A stretch of 64,000 bases of DNA from Podospora anserina (Eukaryota), in contig CM030338.1 in assembly GCA_017654855.1 (NCBI GenBank), forward strand, positions 3,534,001 through 3,598,000, read 5' to 3'. The position numbers were made by a program, and so were the translations under genes. The notes beneath the pieces were generated by a model that worked only from the letters and a program-made list of their open reading frames with translations, was not told the DNA's origin and made no database searches. Position 1 is the stretch's first letter. Each line of letters opens with the position of its first letter. This document shows, one piece after another, positions 13,207-25,372 of this stretch.

Positions 13207-15342
13207 ATGGAGACGTTCTCTTCGACTTCGATTAAGCTTACTCGGGAGGCGTTGATGCTCTCAGAACTCCATATTGCGACTCTCAATGGCGACCTTCAAC
13301 ATGTGAGAGAGCTCCTGAAGAGCACCTCCACGTCACCTGGCGGTACAAGAAAAGTTATCGAAGCGCGCGACCGACATGGGACAACACCCCTCATGATAGC
13401 CGTTCTCTATGGTCATCTCGCTATTGCGAAACTCCTGTTGAGATATGGCGCTTCGAGGAAAGCACGAGACCTTCAAGGCCGTGTCACCTGGGAGTACTCG
13501 CGCGCTTCATTGTTCGACCGAAAGCCAAAGATGTACCAACACCTGGGCTTTCCCCCAATCGCCCGAAGTCGGCAACGTGAGAGAAGGAGAATTGCCATAA
13601 TTCTGAAATATCCCGCCGCTTTGCGATCTTGGTAAGCATTCTGGTCCACCCCTACAATATGTGTTCCTTTCACAGATCCCTAACAGAATGCAGTCGTCGA
13701 ATTGGCAATCACCACTACTCGCGCAGCCGACTGCACAAGCGTGCCAAGGACCTGGTCATTCTCAAGCCTGTAGGTGGCTTCGAGACATTCAAGCCAGGCA
13801 AAGAGGGCAATGAGCTTCTTAGTGCAACCGCGGGCTTCATAGCCTCTGCTACCACTTCTCCCAAAGATGTGAAGGTTGAGCAGTTTGCAGTCAGCGGTTG
13901 GAAGCCAAATCCAGGCCGTGGTCCTCGGGTTCTTGATAATGTTGTCTTGACAGAACGGGTTAGGGATGTTATTCACCTTCATGGCCTCAAGGTTCGTGCG
14001 TCCCAGCGGGACAACGGCAACAAGACTGCTTTGCCCGAGCACAAGGGCCGATTTGCGGCATGCCATGTTGAGAAAAAGCTCGCCGTCTGGTGGGTAATGA
14101 AGGCCCTAAAGGAAGTCTTCAACACGTCAGATATTGAGCGCCTGAGGGAGCTGCGAGGGGCATATGTCCCCAACTACTACCGGGAGGCTATGCTCTTTCT
14201 TGACCACGGGCCGTGCCAAGATGTAAGTAATCCCCAGCTGGCCTCGAGTATGAGGATGTTTGCTAATGCCAAAGGACTCAGTGCTGGGACTTTTTGCACC
14301 AGCTGAAGCGGATCACTGGGATCCTAATATGTGTCGAGTCGATATCATTTTGCGTCACGGGCAATCGGGCATCTGGACCACAGGGGTGTCCAAACTGTAC
14401 ATGCCAGAAATGTACCAGCCAAAAGGAAGCACAGATGAGTCGCCCATCTTCCGACTCGGCAATCCAACAAGACGACGAAGACAGCGATGATACAGAGATT
14501 GGACCATCAGAGGATGACATGCAACTGCCGCTCATTCAATTCGAGACAGAGCTAAAGGGGACTGGAGACAAAGGTGTTCGCCAACCTCATTCTCGTAGCA
14601 ATGGTGGGATTTACAATGGGACTGCAGCCCCTGATACTGTATGCTCCGTGTCTCCTTGAATTATAAACTTTGCTGACCATCTTAGTGGACTGTGTTCCCA
14701 TCCACAGATCTTAGACCAGTGGCAAAGCCACTGAACAGAATCCAGAAGAACATCGAGGCCTCTTCTAGACGGATCTGTGATGCAGCTGATCCTAGTAATG
14801 GAGCAATCCTTACCTTCTCGCTTCCACACCGACCTGCTTTCAAAAGCCCTGTGTCATCTCCTGGCTCTGAAGTCACTGGCCGAACGCAGAGTGTTGACCC
14901 CGTGTCAACTATGGGCGGGCATTCAGCCTACTTTGAAGATGACGGGCATGAACCCCATACCAAGTCTCCCCTCGCCCATACGAGCCCACCCCAAGCCTCT
15001 CGACAGCCACTGCTTCACCCCATTTACCGCTCCCAAATCTCCCTCAATCTTGAGCGGTTTACATATGCTGGAGCCGCTACTTCAGAGGCGCCGGGATCCT
15101 TGCTTTCCGCACGGTTGAAGAAGGGCCGCGTTGGCACCATCAAGGACAACGACGTTGACGTCGTGGGCGGAACCAACGACAATGGAAGTAAGCCTGACGT
15201 CCGCACGACCCGTGGCAAGCCCAAGACGTCTATAGGTCGAAGGGGGAAATCCAACCCTAGAAATAGAGGGGAAGTTCGGCGGGAATCGAGCTTCAGGTCT
15301 AGGAGCACATTCACAAGAGCAGTTGCTTCTCGGTTTGACTGA
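13207..15342 (+). CDS. Ankyrin-repeat protein with a zinc-dependent deaminase-like domain (HVE..PCxxC) and a disordered C-terminus
   Basis: Ankyrin motifs (LHIATLNGD, GTTPLMIAVLYGHLAIAKLLL). RFAACHVEKKL followed by LDHGPCQD|CWDFL across intron 14223-14281. Other introns 13632-13693 and 14639-14685 keep the frame. Start codon uncertain. Confidence 0.75.
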
Positions 15343-15989
15343 CTGTTTTGCTTTGTCTTGTTTGTGTGTTTTTTCCATTTCCTTTGCTTCGTTGTGTACT
15401 CTACCTTTTGTCGAGACTATTACGGCAAGTTGGTGGGCTTTTTGCGCCGGTGCTCAGCGATGGGCTTTTTGCCGTAAACTCCAATCCCACGATTCCAATG
15501 TAATTTACTGTTGTTGTTTTCAGTCCATAAAAGGAGAACCAGGAACAGGAAGTCAGAAGGTCTGTTGCAGGGCGGAAGATATTGCCCATGGTGTTGGTCG
15601 TGGCCTCGATCACGAATGTTATGTCAAGATATATATGTACCTATTCAATTTCAGCTCTGTGATGAGCAACCCGAGTACTCATAAAACAATACCAACAATG
15701 GTCCTGTTTACGTGAACATCATGATGAGAGTCCATGGCGCGTAAGCCATGCCTGTCTAAGGTACCATCATATCTTTTGTTTTTTGGGCATTTTTCATGCC
15801 CCCGCTCTTCGTTTGTCCCCTGATCAAACGGACCGATCATTACTCTAATGCTCTATTGCTCTTTCCATATACCATTCATCCGTCATAAACATGACCCAGC
15901 ATGATGCACGCTTCACCCTGTACCCGATTCAACTCCGACGCCATGCCAAAATCGAAAATCGACCTTTTGATACTGGAGGTACCTGCCAA

Positions 15990-17198
15990 TCAAGCCCATT
16001 TTGCCAGGAGAGCCATGACGAAAACGCCCACAAACACACAACCATACGCGCACAATTGCATTTGCAAACCGGCCTTGCGCATCTCGGGGTTGAACATGAA
16101 TTCGTGAGCCAGTAGCTCGACGAGGCCAGTGTACAGAAGGATGCCGCCACTGATTGCATCAAACACACCATTGACAATCTTGCTGGTGGTAGCTTCCAGT
16201 GACATCGACCTGCTCGCTATAAGCCCGATACCGATGGCCAGAGGGGTGCTAAGAGCGTAAACAGTCCCGAGAACATATGGCGTCCATCTTCTAGCGTCCG
16301 GAGGCCATGTTGCCGTTGCAAGGCGGGCACCCAAACCAAGACCCTCAAAGGTCTGGTGGAATACCAGCACAACAAAAAGCAGAGTAAAGTTTTCTGTGAC
16401 GGCGAGGGTCAAACCAATGAAGATGGAATGAAATATGACACCAAACTCGAGGATAAACAGGGCCGTCATCTGCCCCGCAAAGTTGGGATGCTCGTCGCCC
16501 TCGATATGATCTCGCAAATGGCCCAGGTGGTTCTCACCCCCAGGCGGGTAACTGACTTCGTGGCGCAACACTGGGATTTGGTGTTTACCACACATTCCAC
16601 CTTCGATGCTGCTGGCCACTGGCGAGGGGCTTCCGCTTGGGCTGCTGGATGGGACAAGTTCTCGGCCGTGCATTCGCAAGCGGCTGCTGACCGGGCGCAG
16701 TGCAGCACTATCCACCATGAGTGTCTCGGGGGGTTCCTGGTGCCCATGTGAAGAGTGAAAGCCGAAATCGAAGCGTGAAACGAGTATTTCGAGGAGAAAC
16801 ATGACCATCACGGTTGCTAGACCGATCCCCATAGCCCAATCATACTCTGGAAGAATGTGCTCAAGACATTCATCCCGGAAGTTGTCGGACGCTGGCGAGA
16901 GGAGATGCATGAAAGCGGTTGCAATGATGACTCCTGTACCAAAATACTTGGCGACGAAGAAGCAAAGCTTGGGTACGCGCAGTTTGGAGCTCCTCGCCAA
17001 CCATACTGGCAAAAGCGCACCGACGGCAGAGCCAAGTAGAATGATAAAGACGGAGGCGATACGCAATCCCAGATCATCTCTGCTCGACAGTGTGCCTACA
17101 CAGCTAGGCGCTGGCGCTTCATCTCTGAGTAACAGCTCCGAGCGCTGCATTATGTGATTTGACCAGCCTTCTCTTTCGAGGTTTACCGACGGGCACAT
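15990..17198 (-). CDS. ZIP-family zinc/iron transporter (Zrt-like)
   Basis: KYFGTGVIIATAFMHLL, His-rich loop, LEFGVIFHSIFIG and FHQTFEGLGLG signatures. N-terminus uncertain. Confidence 0.93.
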   Translation of the reverse strand: MCPSVNLEREGWSNHIMQRSELLLRDEAPAPSCVGTLSSRDDLGLRIASVFIILLGSAVGALLPVWLARSSKLRVPKLCFFVAKYFGTGVIIATAFMHLLSPASDNFRDECLEHILPEYDWAMGIGLATVMVMFLLEILVSRFDFGFHSSHGHQEPPETLMVDSAALRPVSSRLRMHGRELVPSSSPSGSPSPVASSIEGGMCGKHQIPVLRHEVSYPPGGENHLGHLRDHIEGDEHPNFAGQMTALFILEFGVIFHSIFIGLTLAVTENFTLLFVVLVFHQTFEGLGLGARLATATWPPDARRWTPYVLGTVYALSTPLAIGIGLIASRSMSLEATTSKIVNGVFDAISGGILLYTGLVELLAHEFMFNPEMRKAGLQMQLCAYGCVFVGVFVMALLAKWA

Positions 17199-17552
17199 GG
17201 GGGGGGGAAGGTTTGGTGCGGGCGGTACGGCCCTTGAGAAGGAGGATCGGCCGGGCCGGAAAGCTGTGGGCGCAAAGATTGTAAGATTCCGTACCAAATG
17301 AAGTCTGAACCCGTCGATATGGACTTGATATATAATGGTGTTCTTGGTCGGAAGACTGGATCGTTTGCGCTTCGCAGTTCAGTAGCCCGCAATTTTCTGG
17401 CGACAACTATCTCGGGCCACCACGACTACAGAGTAATCATGGGCACCAAAACGACAGATTCGATATGTACGAGAGACTGAGTGAAGATGAGGGGTGGGCA
17501 GCGAGGGCGCAACTCAAAGGCGAGATGGGAGGCGGGAGGCGGGAGTTCGACC

Positions 17553-17567
17553 GAGAACCTTGATGGC
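17553..17567 (-). promoter_or_regulatory. Putative ZafA/Zap1-type zinc-response element
   Basis: GCCATCAAGGTTCTC upstream of the ZIP gene, with CAAGGT core; shares CCATCAAGGT with a second site at 18257-18266. Confidence 0.5.
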
Positions 17568-18255
17568 TAAGCTCCAGTCAGCAACCAGCTCGTCATCTAG
17601 CGCACGTCTCAAACAGCAAGCGCAACTACCACTACTGCAGAGGTTTTTGGTACGTGCGGAAAAAACACGCACCGGCAAATCCCAATGGCCCTCCTTGGAC
17701 AAACAACCGCAGTGCTATGCTTGAGTAAAGATTCTTGATCGAGAGATGATGCTTCGGACGCAGACGGATGAGATAAGAAGCTTGCAGGATCGAGAGTCCA
17801 GAAGACAGACAATGCTTAGGTAAGGGAGCAGGAGAGGTTTAGAGTATGTGAATGGAAGACGGCCGTGGCGTGGAAAACAGCGTAGGTGCTCATACGCCGC
17901 AAGGAGACCGCAAGGAAACCGCATCGCCGGGAGAACGGTGCGCCAAAACAAAAAAGGGGAGATTCCAGTCCCGGAGAAGGGGCCCGGACCTGTGTTTTAA
18001 GGCTTTTGGAAGGCACTCCCCGAAGACTCTGGAGACACCAAGCCGATGACCGCCAACCAGTAGAGAAGTAGCCACCATAAACATTTGCAAAATCCCATTG
18101 CGCCGGACCTGTCAACCTGACGGTGTCCGCTGACACCCGGCCATTAGCTTACCATCGGGATTGATGGCTGGTACTGCACCAGCACCGGTGTAATCTCAAT
18201 GATTTGATGTCATTGGTGGTGTGGCGACCGATGTCAGAACAAATGCATGTTTGGG

Positions 18256-18270
18256 ACCATCAAGGTACTC
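18256..18270 (+). promoter_or_regulatory. Putative ZafA/Zap1-type zinc-response element
   Basis: ACCATCAAGGTACTC about 1 kb upstream of the ZIP gene, with CAAGGT core. Confidence 0.5.
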
Positions 18271-18405
18271 CGGAGTCCAAATAGCGCCCAGTTAACCTTT
18301 CTTGCCTCCAACCCCCCCCCGCCGCTCTTGCCGAACAGTCGAAATCGCGGTCATGCTAGTTAGCCCTTCAAGAGACATTCCTCGTGGGCATTAACAGCCG
18401 TCTTC

Positions 18406-19814
18406 TCAAGAAGAGTATTGCACTTCCAATCCCAAGCTTCGGAACGGCTCGCCTAACCTTTGCAAATCCACACCAGTACCGAGGCTGAAGATCAGTGATT
18501 TGGCCCGACCCTCCCAGACCAAGCCCAGATCGAGATTGGAACTGAGCCGGGCCTTGAACACGCCCAGGTATTCCTCTTTACCCTCTGTTGGTTTCTCGGC
18601 AATCTTGACGGGTTCGGGTTCGGGTTCAGGGTCGTCTAGCCGCCATTCCATCTTTGCCTGGAAACTTCTCTCCTTTTTGCTCGGAAGTTCGGGCTGGTCG
18701 GATTCAAGATCAAGGCTGGGCTCGGCACCAAGCAGGAAACCGGCTGGTCGTCGGTTGCTCCATAACTCTAAGCCGACAGCCCAATCACTCTCGTAGCTAT
18801 ACGCATTAAACTCCATCCGTGTCGCCATGGCAAGAAAGTCCTTCGCCAGCACGGCATATGTGGTGTTGATGTTTCCCATGAGCGGGTTGATAGTAAGTGT
18901 CGCTGTGAGCGGCGTCCCTTTGTGCGTGGGTAGAGTTGCGAAACGTGCACCCAAGGACATGCCTCCAGACTTGTTCAAGGTCCCATAGTACATTTCTCCT
19001 CCAGCGCTGAAACGGCCATAAATTCGTTCCTTCTCCGTGGATTCTGGACTGCCCGTCCCATTTTGGGAACTCATCACAGCTACGGAAGCATCCCCACCGA
19101 AATTATACAGTCCTCTCAGGCCAAGAAGCCCTCCATCGGTCGAGTAAAGCCCCTCGACTCCGTATTTCCCCCGGTCGTATTGAACGACGCTCAGCATTGT
19201 ACCTCCGTTCCGCAAAGACTGTTCACTGACAGCCGATATCTGAACCTGCAGCGCCGGACTGAACCGCTTGATTACCATGGCCTCAAGCAGCGACTGTGGG
19301 AGATACAGCCGACCATACAACAGCGAGCTCTTGTCCTTATTCGGGATTTGACCCATATCCGCAACAGCAGGTACCTGGGGGATTGTCCCTATCTGAGGAC
19401 CAGTTTCCCACGACCATGGTGTTCCTCCTCGTGAGCCGAGCTGATGCAGCCCGCGATAGGATCTCATAAGAGCCCCTAGCGGTATTTTGTTGGACTGGGC
19501 AGGAACGACAGCCAGGGGGACCGAGCTGTGGAGGTAAGATATCGAGCCGTCGACGACGCCTACATTGCAGAGTTGATAGCTGGTTGCGAAGTGTGGCGTG
19601 GCAAGGGAAGAAAGGCTCAAGCGAATTCCTCGAGGCAGCGGGAAGTCAATCAGTTCTGTCGAACACACATCGTCAGCTACGAAACCAGTGAGAGGGGCAT
19701 GGCATAAACATGAGTACCTCTTGCTGTCACGTTCAAGTCCTTGTAGGAGTTATCCTCGCTCCATCCTGTAGCACCGTAGAAGGCATTTCTGACATACTGC
19801 ATAAACTCCCGCAT
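18406..19814 (-). CDS. MDM10: Mitochondrial distribution and morphology protein 10 (ERMES/SAM beta-barrel)
   Basis: MREFMQYVRNAFYGATGWSEDNSY..LIDFPLPRG..LLYGRLYLP..SLGLEVQYSS; intron 19717-19656. Confidence 0.95.
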
Positions 19815-20273
19815 CGTCGTGCGGACGGGAATACAGTCCCTCCTCAATGCAGACCTGCAACCGGGTTTTGCTTCTTCCTTGTCATTGACAAGTTTCGCGG
19901 GAAATAGGGAAGTTGTCTTCGGATGTTACAGAAGTGTCGGACGCCACGGTCAAGTAAAGCCAAGGTTTTGAGGCCGGGCCCATTGAATGTTTTGTGCTCC
20001 AATCATGTGCTGCATGGGCTGGCATGGGGAGCTTGACCCCACCATCCCGTCATCAGTGCAAGGGTCCCCCTCCGCAACCTCACAACCTGGGGAGACACTC
20101 CATTTGCATAAAGTGCGAAATGGCCTTGTGTATTCAGGTGTCCAAGGCGCTTCAAAGCTCCTGGCTCTATGGAACTACTACCCAAGTCTCGACCAAACAT
20201 CACCCACCAAATTCCGCCACCCGACTCCAGGTCCCGTAACTCTCCCTGCACCTGATCTCTTCTACTCTCTAAC

Positions 20274-20911
20274 TCAGTGCTCACCAAAGTTGTCGCGACC
20301 ACTTGCAAACACCTTGTCAAAGTCATACTCGAACCACCGGATGTTGGGGTTCAGCCCGGCAAACTTCCACACGCCATTGACCTTCTTGTAGTAATGAGTG
20401 TTGTGGCTGTGGGCGTGGCCCTTGACCTCCACCTTGGATAGGGACGAGTCTGTGTAGACTTGGTGCGGCACGCGGAGCTGATGGTAACCAATAATCTCGT
20501 CGTCGGACACTTTCTCCCACTTGCTGGCACCGCCAATGAAGTGCTGCGTGCGCAGAAGGGGGTTGCCCAACACTGACTTGTCCGAAATCATGCTGATGAA
20601 CTCCTCGGCCGGCATGGCCTCCCAGATCTTGTCGAGGAACGACCGGTAGTCAATCTACGTCTTCAGTATCAGCCATTTTGCCCTGTCTGACTAGGCAGTT
20701 CTTCGTTGTGGATAGCCCATCAACATACCCGCAGGGTGGGAGCAATGCATCTTCGCAGACGGTCCCAGTCCTTGGAGTCGTAGCTGTCAGCCCACTCAAA
20801 CGCAGCCTCAGTCACACCGAGGTAATCTATAAAACTTGATTAGACAGCTTTCCAGAGCGATGGTTAGGACATACCCTCAAAGGTGATCTGCTGCTTCTTC
20901 TGTTGGGCCAT
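20274..20911 (-). CDS. SCD1: Scytalone dehydratase (DHN-melanin pathway)
   Basis: [61 protein letters not shown]. Exons 20911-20875, 20826-20729, 20654-20274. Confidence 0.96.
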
Positions 20912-21541
20912 GTTTGCGAAATCGGCTGTTTATTCTGTGTCGGCCCTCGTGTTCATCAAATTTGACCAAACCATCCATTCGACCTGGGACTTTCCTAGGT
21001 TTATGTACCCCCGCGGAAGCCGTCTAAGAATTACCAGCGCTGTGAATGAATTGGCCAATAATGCAAACAACAGCGCCGAAATCCCCAAGGCGGAGTCCGG
21101 ATGTTGGTGGGGATGTGCGGACGGGATGTGGACTCAGCACCGTCGGACGGCGGGCTCGTGCCTCCTTGTTCTTCAAAAGGCTGGAAAGGAAACCCTTACC
21201 GACCAGTACCCCCAGTCAAAGACTGGTATGACAGTTTCACGGATGGACCATTTCCCCTCTGATTAGCCGATGAACCGACTCTCCGGAACGAATTGTTGGC
21301 CAACGTCAAGCCAACTGTCAAGTCTAGAACGCGAACTACTGGAAACCGGATGAAGCATGCCTCATGACCGCGCCGCCCGATATCTGGGCCCGGTCCCGAA
21401 TTACCCTCGCTTGATGAACGACATGCCGAGGCCTTTTGGACAACTCCGCTCTGGCCCCGTCTCTCAGAATTCAGTCTGTGCAACAGTTTTTAGTCACAAC
21501 GGTATACCAGCATTGCCATCTAACAGCCTTCAACCTAGCCT

Positions 21542-22633
21542 TCAAGACTTCCCACTCCAGCCACTGTCATCGCTCTCATAGTCATTGTCGCTTGTGTCTT
21601 CATCGACAGAGAAAACAGCCAAAGCTTCCTCGTCGTCGTTATCAACGATGAAGACCTTAATGGGGTCGTCTTCCAAAACATCGCCATCCTCGTCGCCATC
21701 CTCGTCCGAAAAGATTTCTATAACCTCGACTCCATCGTTTGCTTCCGCGCTGGACTTTTCCAAGGACTGTCTCGTCATTCGCCGTGTAACGCGCACCCTG
21801 TCTGGTGAAATCGCCATAACACCGCCCCTCGCCTTCCTTTCCAGGAACCGGGTGTATCTCCCCCTCCGCTTCTTTTGCTTCCTTCCTGGTGGCTCTGTCG
21901 CACTCTGGTCTAGTGGCGAGGCTGTTTCCGGGGCAGTGACCTGTACCCTCTTTGTCATGACTGGGCGATGTAGCCTCTTCTTCCCCATATCTGGTGCTGC
22001 TCCAGTCGGCCTATCCCTACTCACCGTTTTGCCCCTTGCGCTATCTGCCCCCTTTCGGAAGAGGCTTCCCGTGGTAGCCCCCCACTCCCTTGCGACCTCA
22101 TTGACTCTCTCCCAAACCCTTTGCCTGGCCTCCTCCCTGTTCACGCCTTTTCTCAACAACATTTCGTAGTCTGTGTGAACATGCCTGATATGTGCTCGCA
22201 CGGCCAGCATGACCTTGTCCTCCAACTCTCCTATCTTTGTGCTCCTACCTACCCTCCCGCTTCTCTTCTTGACGGCATGCTTGACGATGACCGGGATCGA
22301 CTCTTTTGGTGTCTTGGGGAATAATTTGAGGATGATAGCCTCGAACTTATCCTCGATCAGCGCGTCCCGCTTCTGTACCGCCTGGGCTCGCTTGGGTGCG
22401 GTTTCGTGATAGGAGGAGAGCACTTGGCGGTAAATGCGATCTGGACAGCGAATTCCGAGGGTTCGATTGCGCTTATCAACAACGACATACAAAGGTTGTT
22501 TGGCGGCATGGGTAAGTAACCGGCAGTTTTTTGTAATGTAGATGTTGCCTTTTGGGACGTGGCGATACCCAGGTGGAACAGGGGTAAAGTGTAAAACTTT
22601 CGGCTCGTGGGCGCTACTTGAGGAAGAAGGCAT
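21542..22633 (-). CDS. DUF2293-domain protein
   Basis: FPKTP..KRSGRVGR..LAVRAHIRHVHTDYEMLL..REEAR motif; intronless 363-aa ORF with acidic tail. Confidence 0.8.
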   Translation of the reverse strand: MPSSSSSAHEPKVLHFTPVPPGYRHVPKGNIYITKNCRLLTHAAKQPLYVVVDKRNRTLGIRCPDRIYRQVLSSYHETAPKRAQAVQKRDALIEDKFEAIILKLFPKTPKESIPVIVKHAVKKRSGRVGRSTKIGELEDKVMLAVRAHIRHVHTDYEMLLRKGVNREEARQRVWERVNEVAREWGATTGSLFRKGADSARGKTVSRDRPTGAAPDMGKKRLHRPVMTKRVQVTAPETASPLDQSATEPPGRKQKKRRGRYTRFLERKARGGVMAISPDRVRVTRRMTRQSLEKSSAEANDGVEVIEIFSDEDGDEDGDVLEDDPIKVFIVDNDDEEALAVFSVDEDTSDNDYESDDSGWSGKS

Positions 22634-25372
22634 CGTATCGTGGCTTGCGTCAAGACACTGAGAAAGCTAGGAAAACGAACAGACAAATTCCCAAATGGAC
22701 CCGTTGATGGCAGCCGAATCCGAGTCCCGGGGCTTGCTGGCAGGCGAAAACGGGGCGGTTTCTTCCCAAAATGCAATGTGCAAAAGGCAGCAACCAACTT
22801 ATGACGAGTGAAAGGAGGTGACCTGTGAAGTTTACTATAGCAGGCCAGAAAGGCATTGACACATAGATATCCTTGAAATGAAAAAAGGGAAACCCAGCTA
22901 TAGGGCTGCAGTCGCTCTTTGTTGATGTTGGACGCCGTTCTCTCATTGGCTTTATTGATTTGCAGTCTGCTCCACGCCAAGGACGCACAGACCATTGCAT
23001 CCAAATGTGTTTCCAGTTGGCAGCGTGGCAGCCAGCAACAACCTTTCATGCTCTCTTGCAACCTCAAAACAGAGACTTAAGAAAAGAATAGGGGCCCCAC
23101 GATTTGCCTGAACAAATTCCTGACCACCGGACTCAACCCAACATTTAGAAGCTCCACTCCCCTTGTTTCCCAACGCTATGCCACAGGCTGAGACGTTGGA
23201 ATGATCAATCCACAAGCACTCGCGATGACCCCACCGTAATGAAGAACAAGACTTTCAGGCACATAACGTATGCCTGTGACAGGATGAAGTTTGAGGAAGA
23301 ACAAGAGTGGAAGAGGCGAGAGATTGGCCGGGAAAATGGTTTTCAATCATATAACCTGCGCACCTGCCCTGCCTCTCTTATTCACCATGATATTTCTCTC
23401 CAGTATGCTGGACTGCACGTGCCCCACAAACTGTTATTGGTGTTGAGGCTGAAATTAAGCTTTGATAAAGGTGAGGGTCACAGCGGCTCTTCCCGCTTTC
23501 TTGAGTTGCACCAAAAATATTGTGGTGCGACCGTCTCAGCCATCAGCAGCAGCCATGATTAACCATAAAATGCGGTGGTTGATTCCAATGACAGAGATAG
23601 CCACAAGATTTGAATAGTACCTATTAAGTATATCGGGTTGGGGAATTGTTTGGTACTTCGTACCCGTAGTGGGGCATGAAGCCGAACTCCTATCCTTGTC
23701 CCTTGTTGAATGCCAAGACATCCCCCTGTCTTTGCTTCAAGCCACCATCACACAGACCTCCGTGAAGTCGAAAACAGCACATGGCATAGATGGCCAACTG
23801 AGAATGGAAGTTGTTTGAGATCATGTTAAGTTTAAACTGAATTTGCTTAAAATTACAGAGTCTTTTCCCCTCATCCTGTCTGTTTCACTGCATCCCAGCG
23901 GAAGCAGAACGCTCCTTCTGCGGAGTACTCGCTAGTCGGAATGCCCAGCTCCATCCCAGTGCCATCAAAAAGAACGCATCGCTTACAGAACCGGCATATC
24001 AAACCAGAGTTATTCCGTTGCGTTACAAATCTACAGTTCCGGATCATCACCTCGGATCGTAAACAGAATTTCTCGAATTTAACTTGGTTCAAGAACATTG
24101 CCTCTTTTATTTTCTGCGCACGGCTAACTCGGCTTCTTGCAGGATTGTATCGTCAGCTTCTATCAAACCCATCTTCTTCCAGCCCAGACTTCAACCCCAC
24201 AGCAACGCAAGAACTCTATCTCACAATATCTGGGATAGTGCGTTGGCTTTGGGTTGAATAGAAGCACCTTCGTTCGGACCGTTACAAATTGACCGAGATT
24301 GCGCTCGTCTCATTTTACCCGCCTGAGAGCGTCGCCAGCTCGTCAGCTTTCATTTCCCACTCATTGGTTGTGTATATCACACGATTATATGAAATGGCCG
24401 GTTTTCATCGGTGGAGCACAAGACATAAGATGGTTGCCATCTCACTTTTCTTCCCAGGACAGTCGCTCTACATCTTTGGCCACGTCCGTGGGAGCGTCCA
24501 GATATTGCCATCAATTTGGATCTGCTCCTCAGCTCTGTAACCTCGATCACCGTCAGGAACAGCCGTTGGGCGGGTGGTTTATTCGGGCTGCACCTTCAGG
24601 CGCGGAGCCGCTTTAGCCTATAATCCGTCAGATTCCTGCCCCGGGCCAATATCTGTCCTCGCGCAATCTTCTGGAACTAGAATCGAGGCCTTGGTGGTTC
24701 TTTCGAGTGCGATAACGGGTTAGTGGTCCTCTTAATTCCCCCAATAACCCGACTCGAGACCGGGGTATCATCGCCAAGTACGATGAACCCGCAAACCGCA
24801 CCAACCACCAGCCTTCCAAGCCTTGCTGCGGTTGCATTTGGAGGTCTTCGGTATATTGTTATCCCATCACACACAATCTGGTACCCGGCTCTTGGCGGGC
24901 TCTTGCTGGGTCTGGGGAAAAGGAGTGACTGGTCAGACCCAGCATAAGTACATATACATCGAAGTTGTGCTTTAGGCTAACTGTGCCGCCACAGCTAACA
25001 TCACACCCGGTACTCTCGGTGGTATTGCGCCGATCTCTTATCCGCATTCCGGGAGTTTGGGCAATCCTCCCGTCGTCTCCGTCCTGCAGGCTGCTAGTGG
25101 TAATCCCGGGACCATGATGCCGAGTCTCCATGTCCACGAGCCCGCCAACGTGGTGGGTCGGAATAGAACTCGGCTCCTTTGCTACTCAGTTCCCTGAAAG
25201 GACACTCTACGGTAGCGGGACTCTATGATCGCATCATGCCCCTTGCCTGTGCGGGGTTTATAGATGTATATCAAGGGCTGGTGCCATACGTTGGCCCTCG
25301 TTCAAGCTTGATATCTGTTCGAATCGAAGAAAAGCTTTTCATTAGGGCAGGCGGCGCAGTCCGAAGCTGAAA

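Noticed and set aside
22700-25300. Short ORFs between the DUF2293 and AA7 genes
   Set aside because: No recognisable motifs, codon bias or consistent splice pattern; treated as intergenic.
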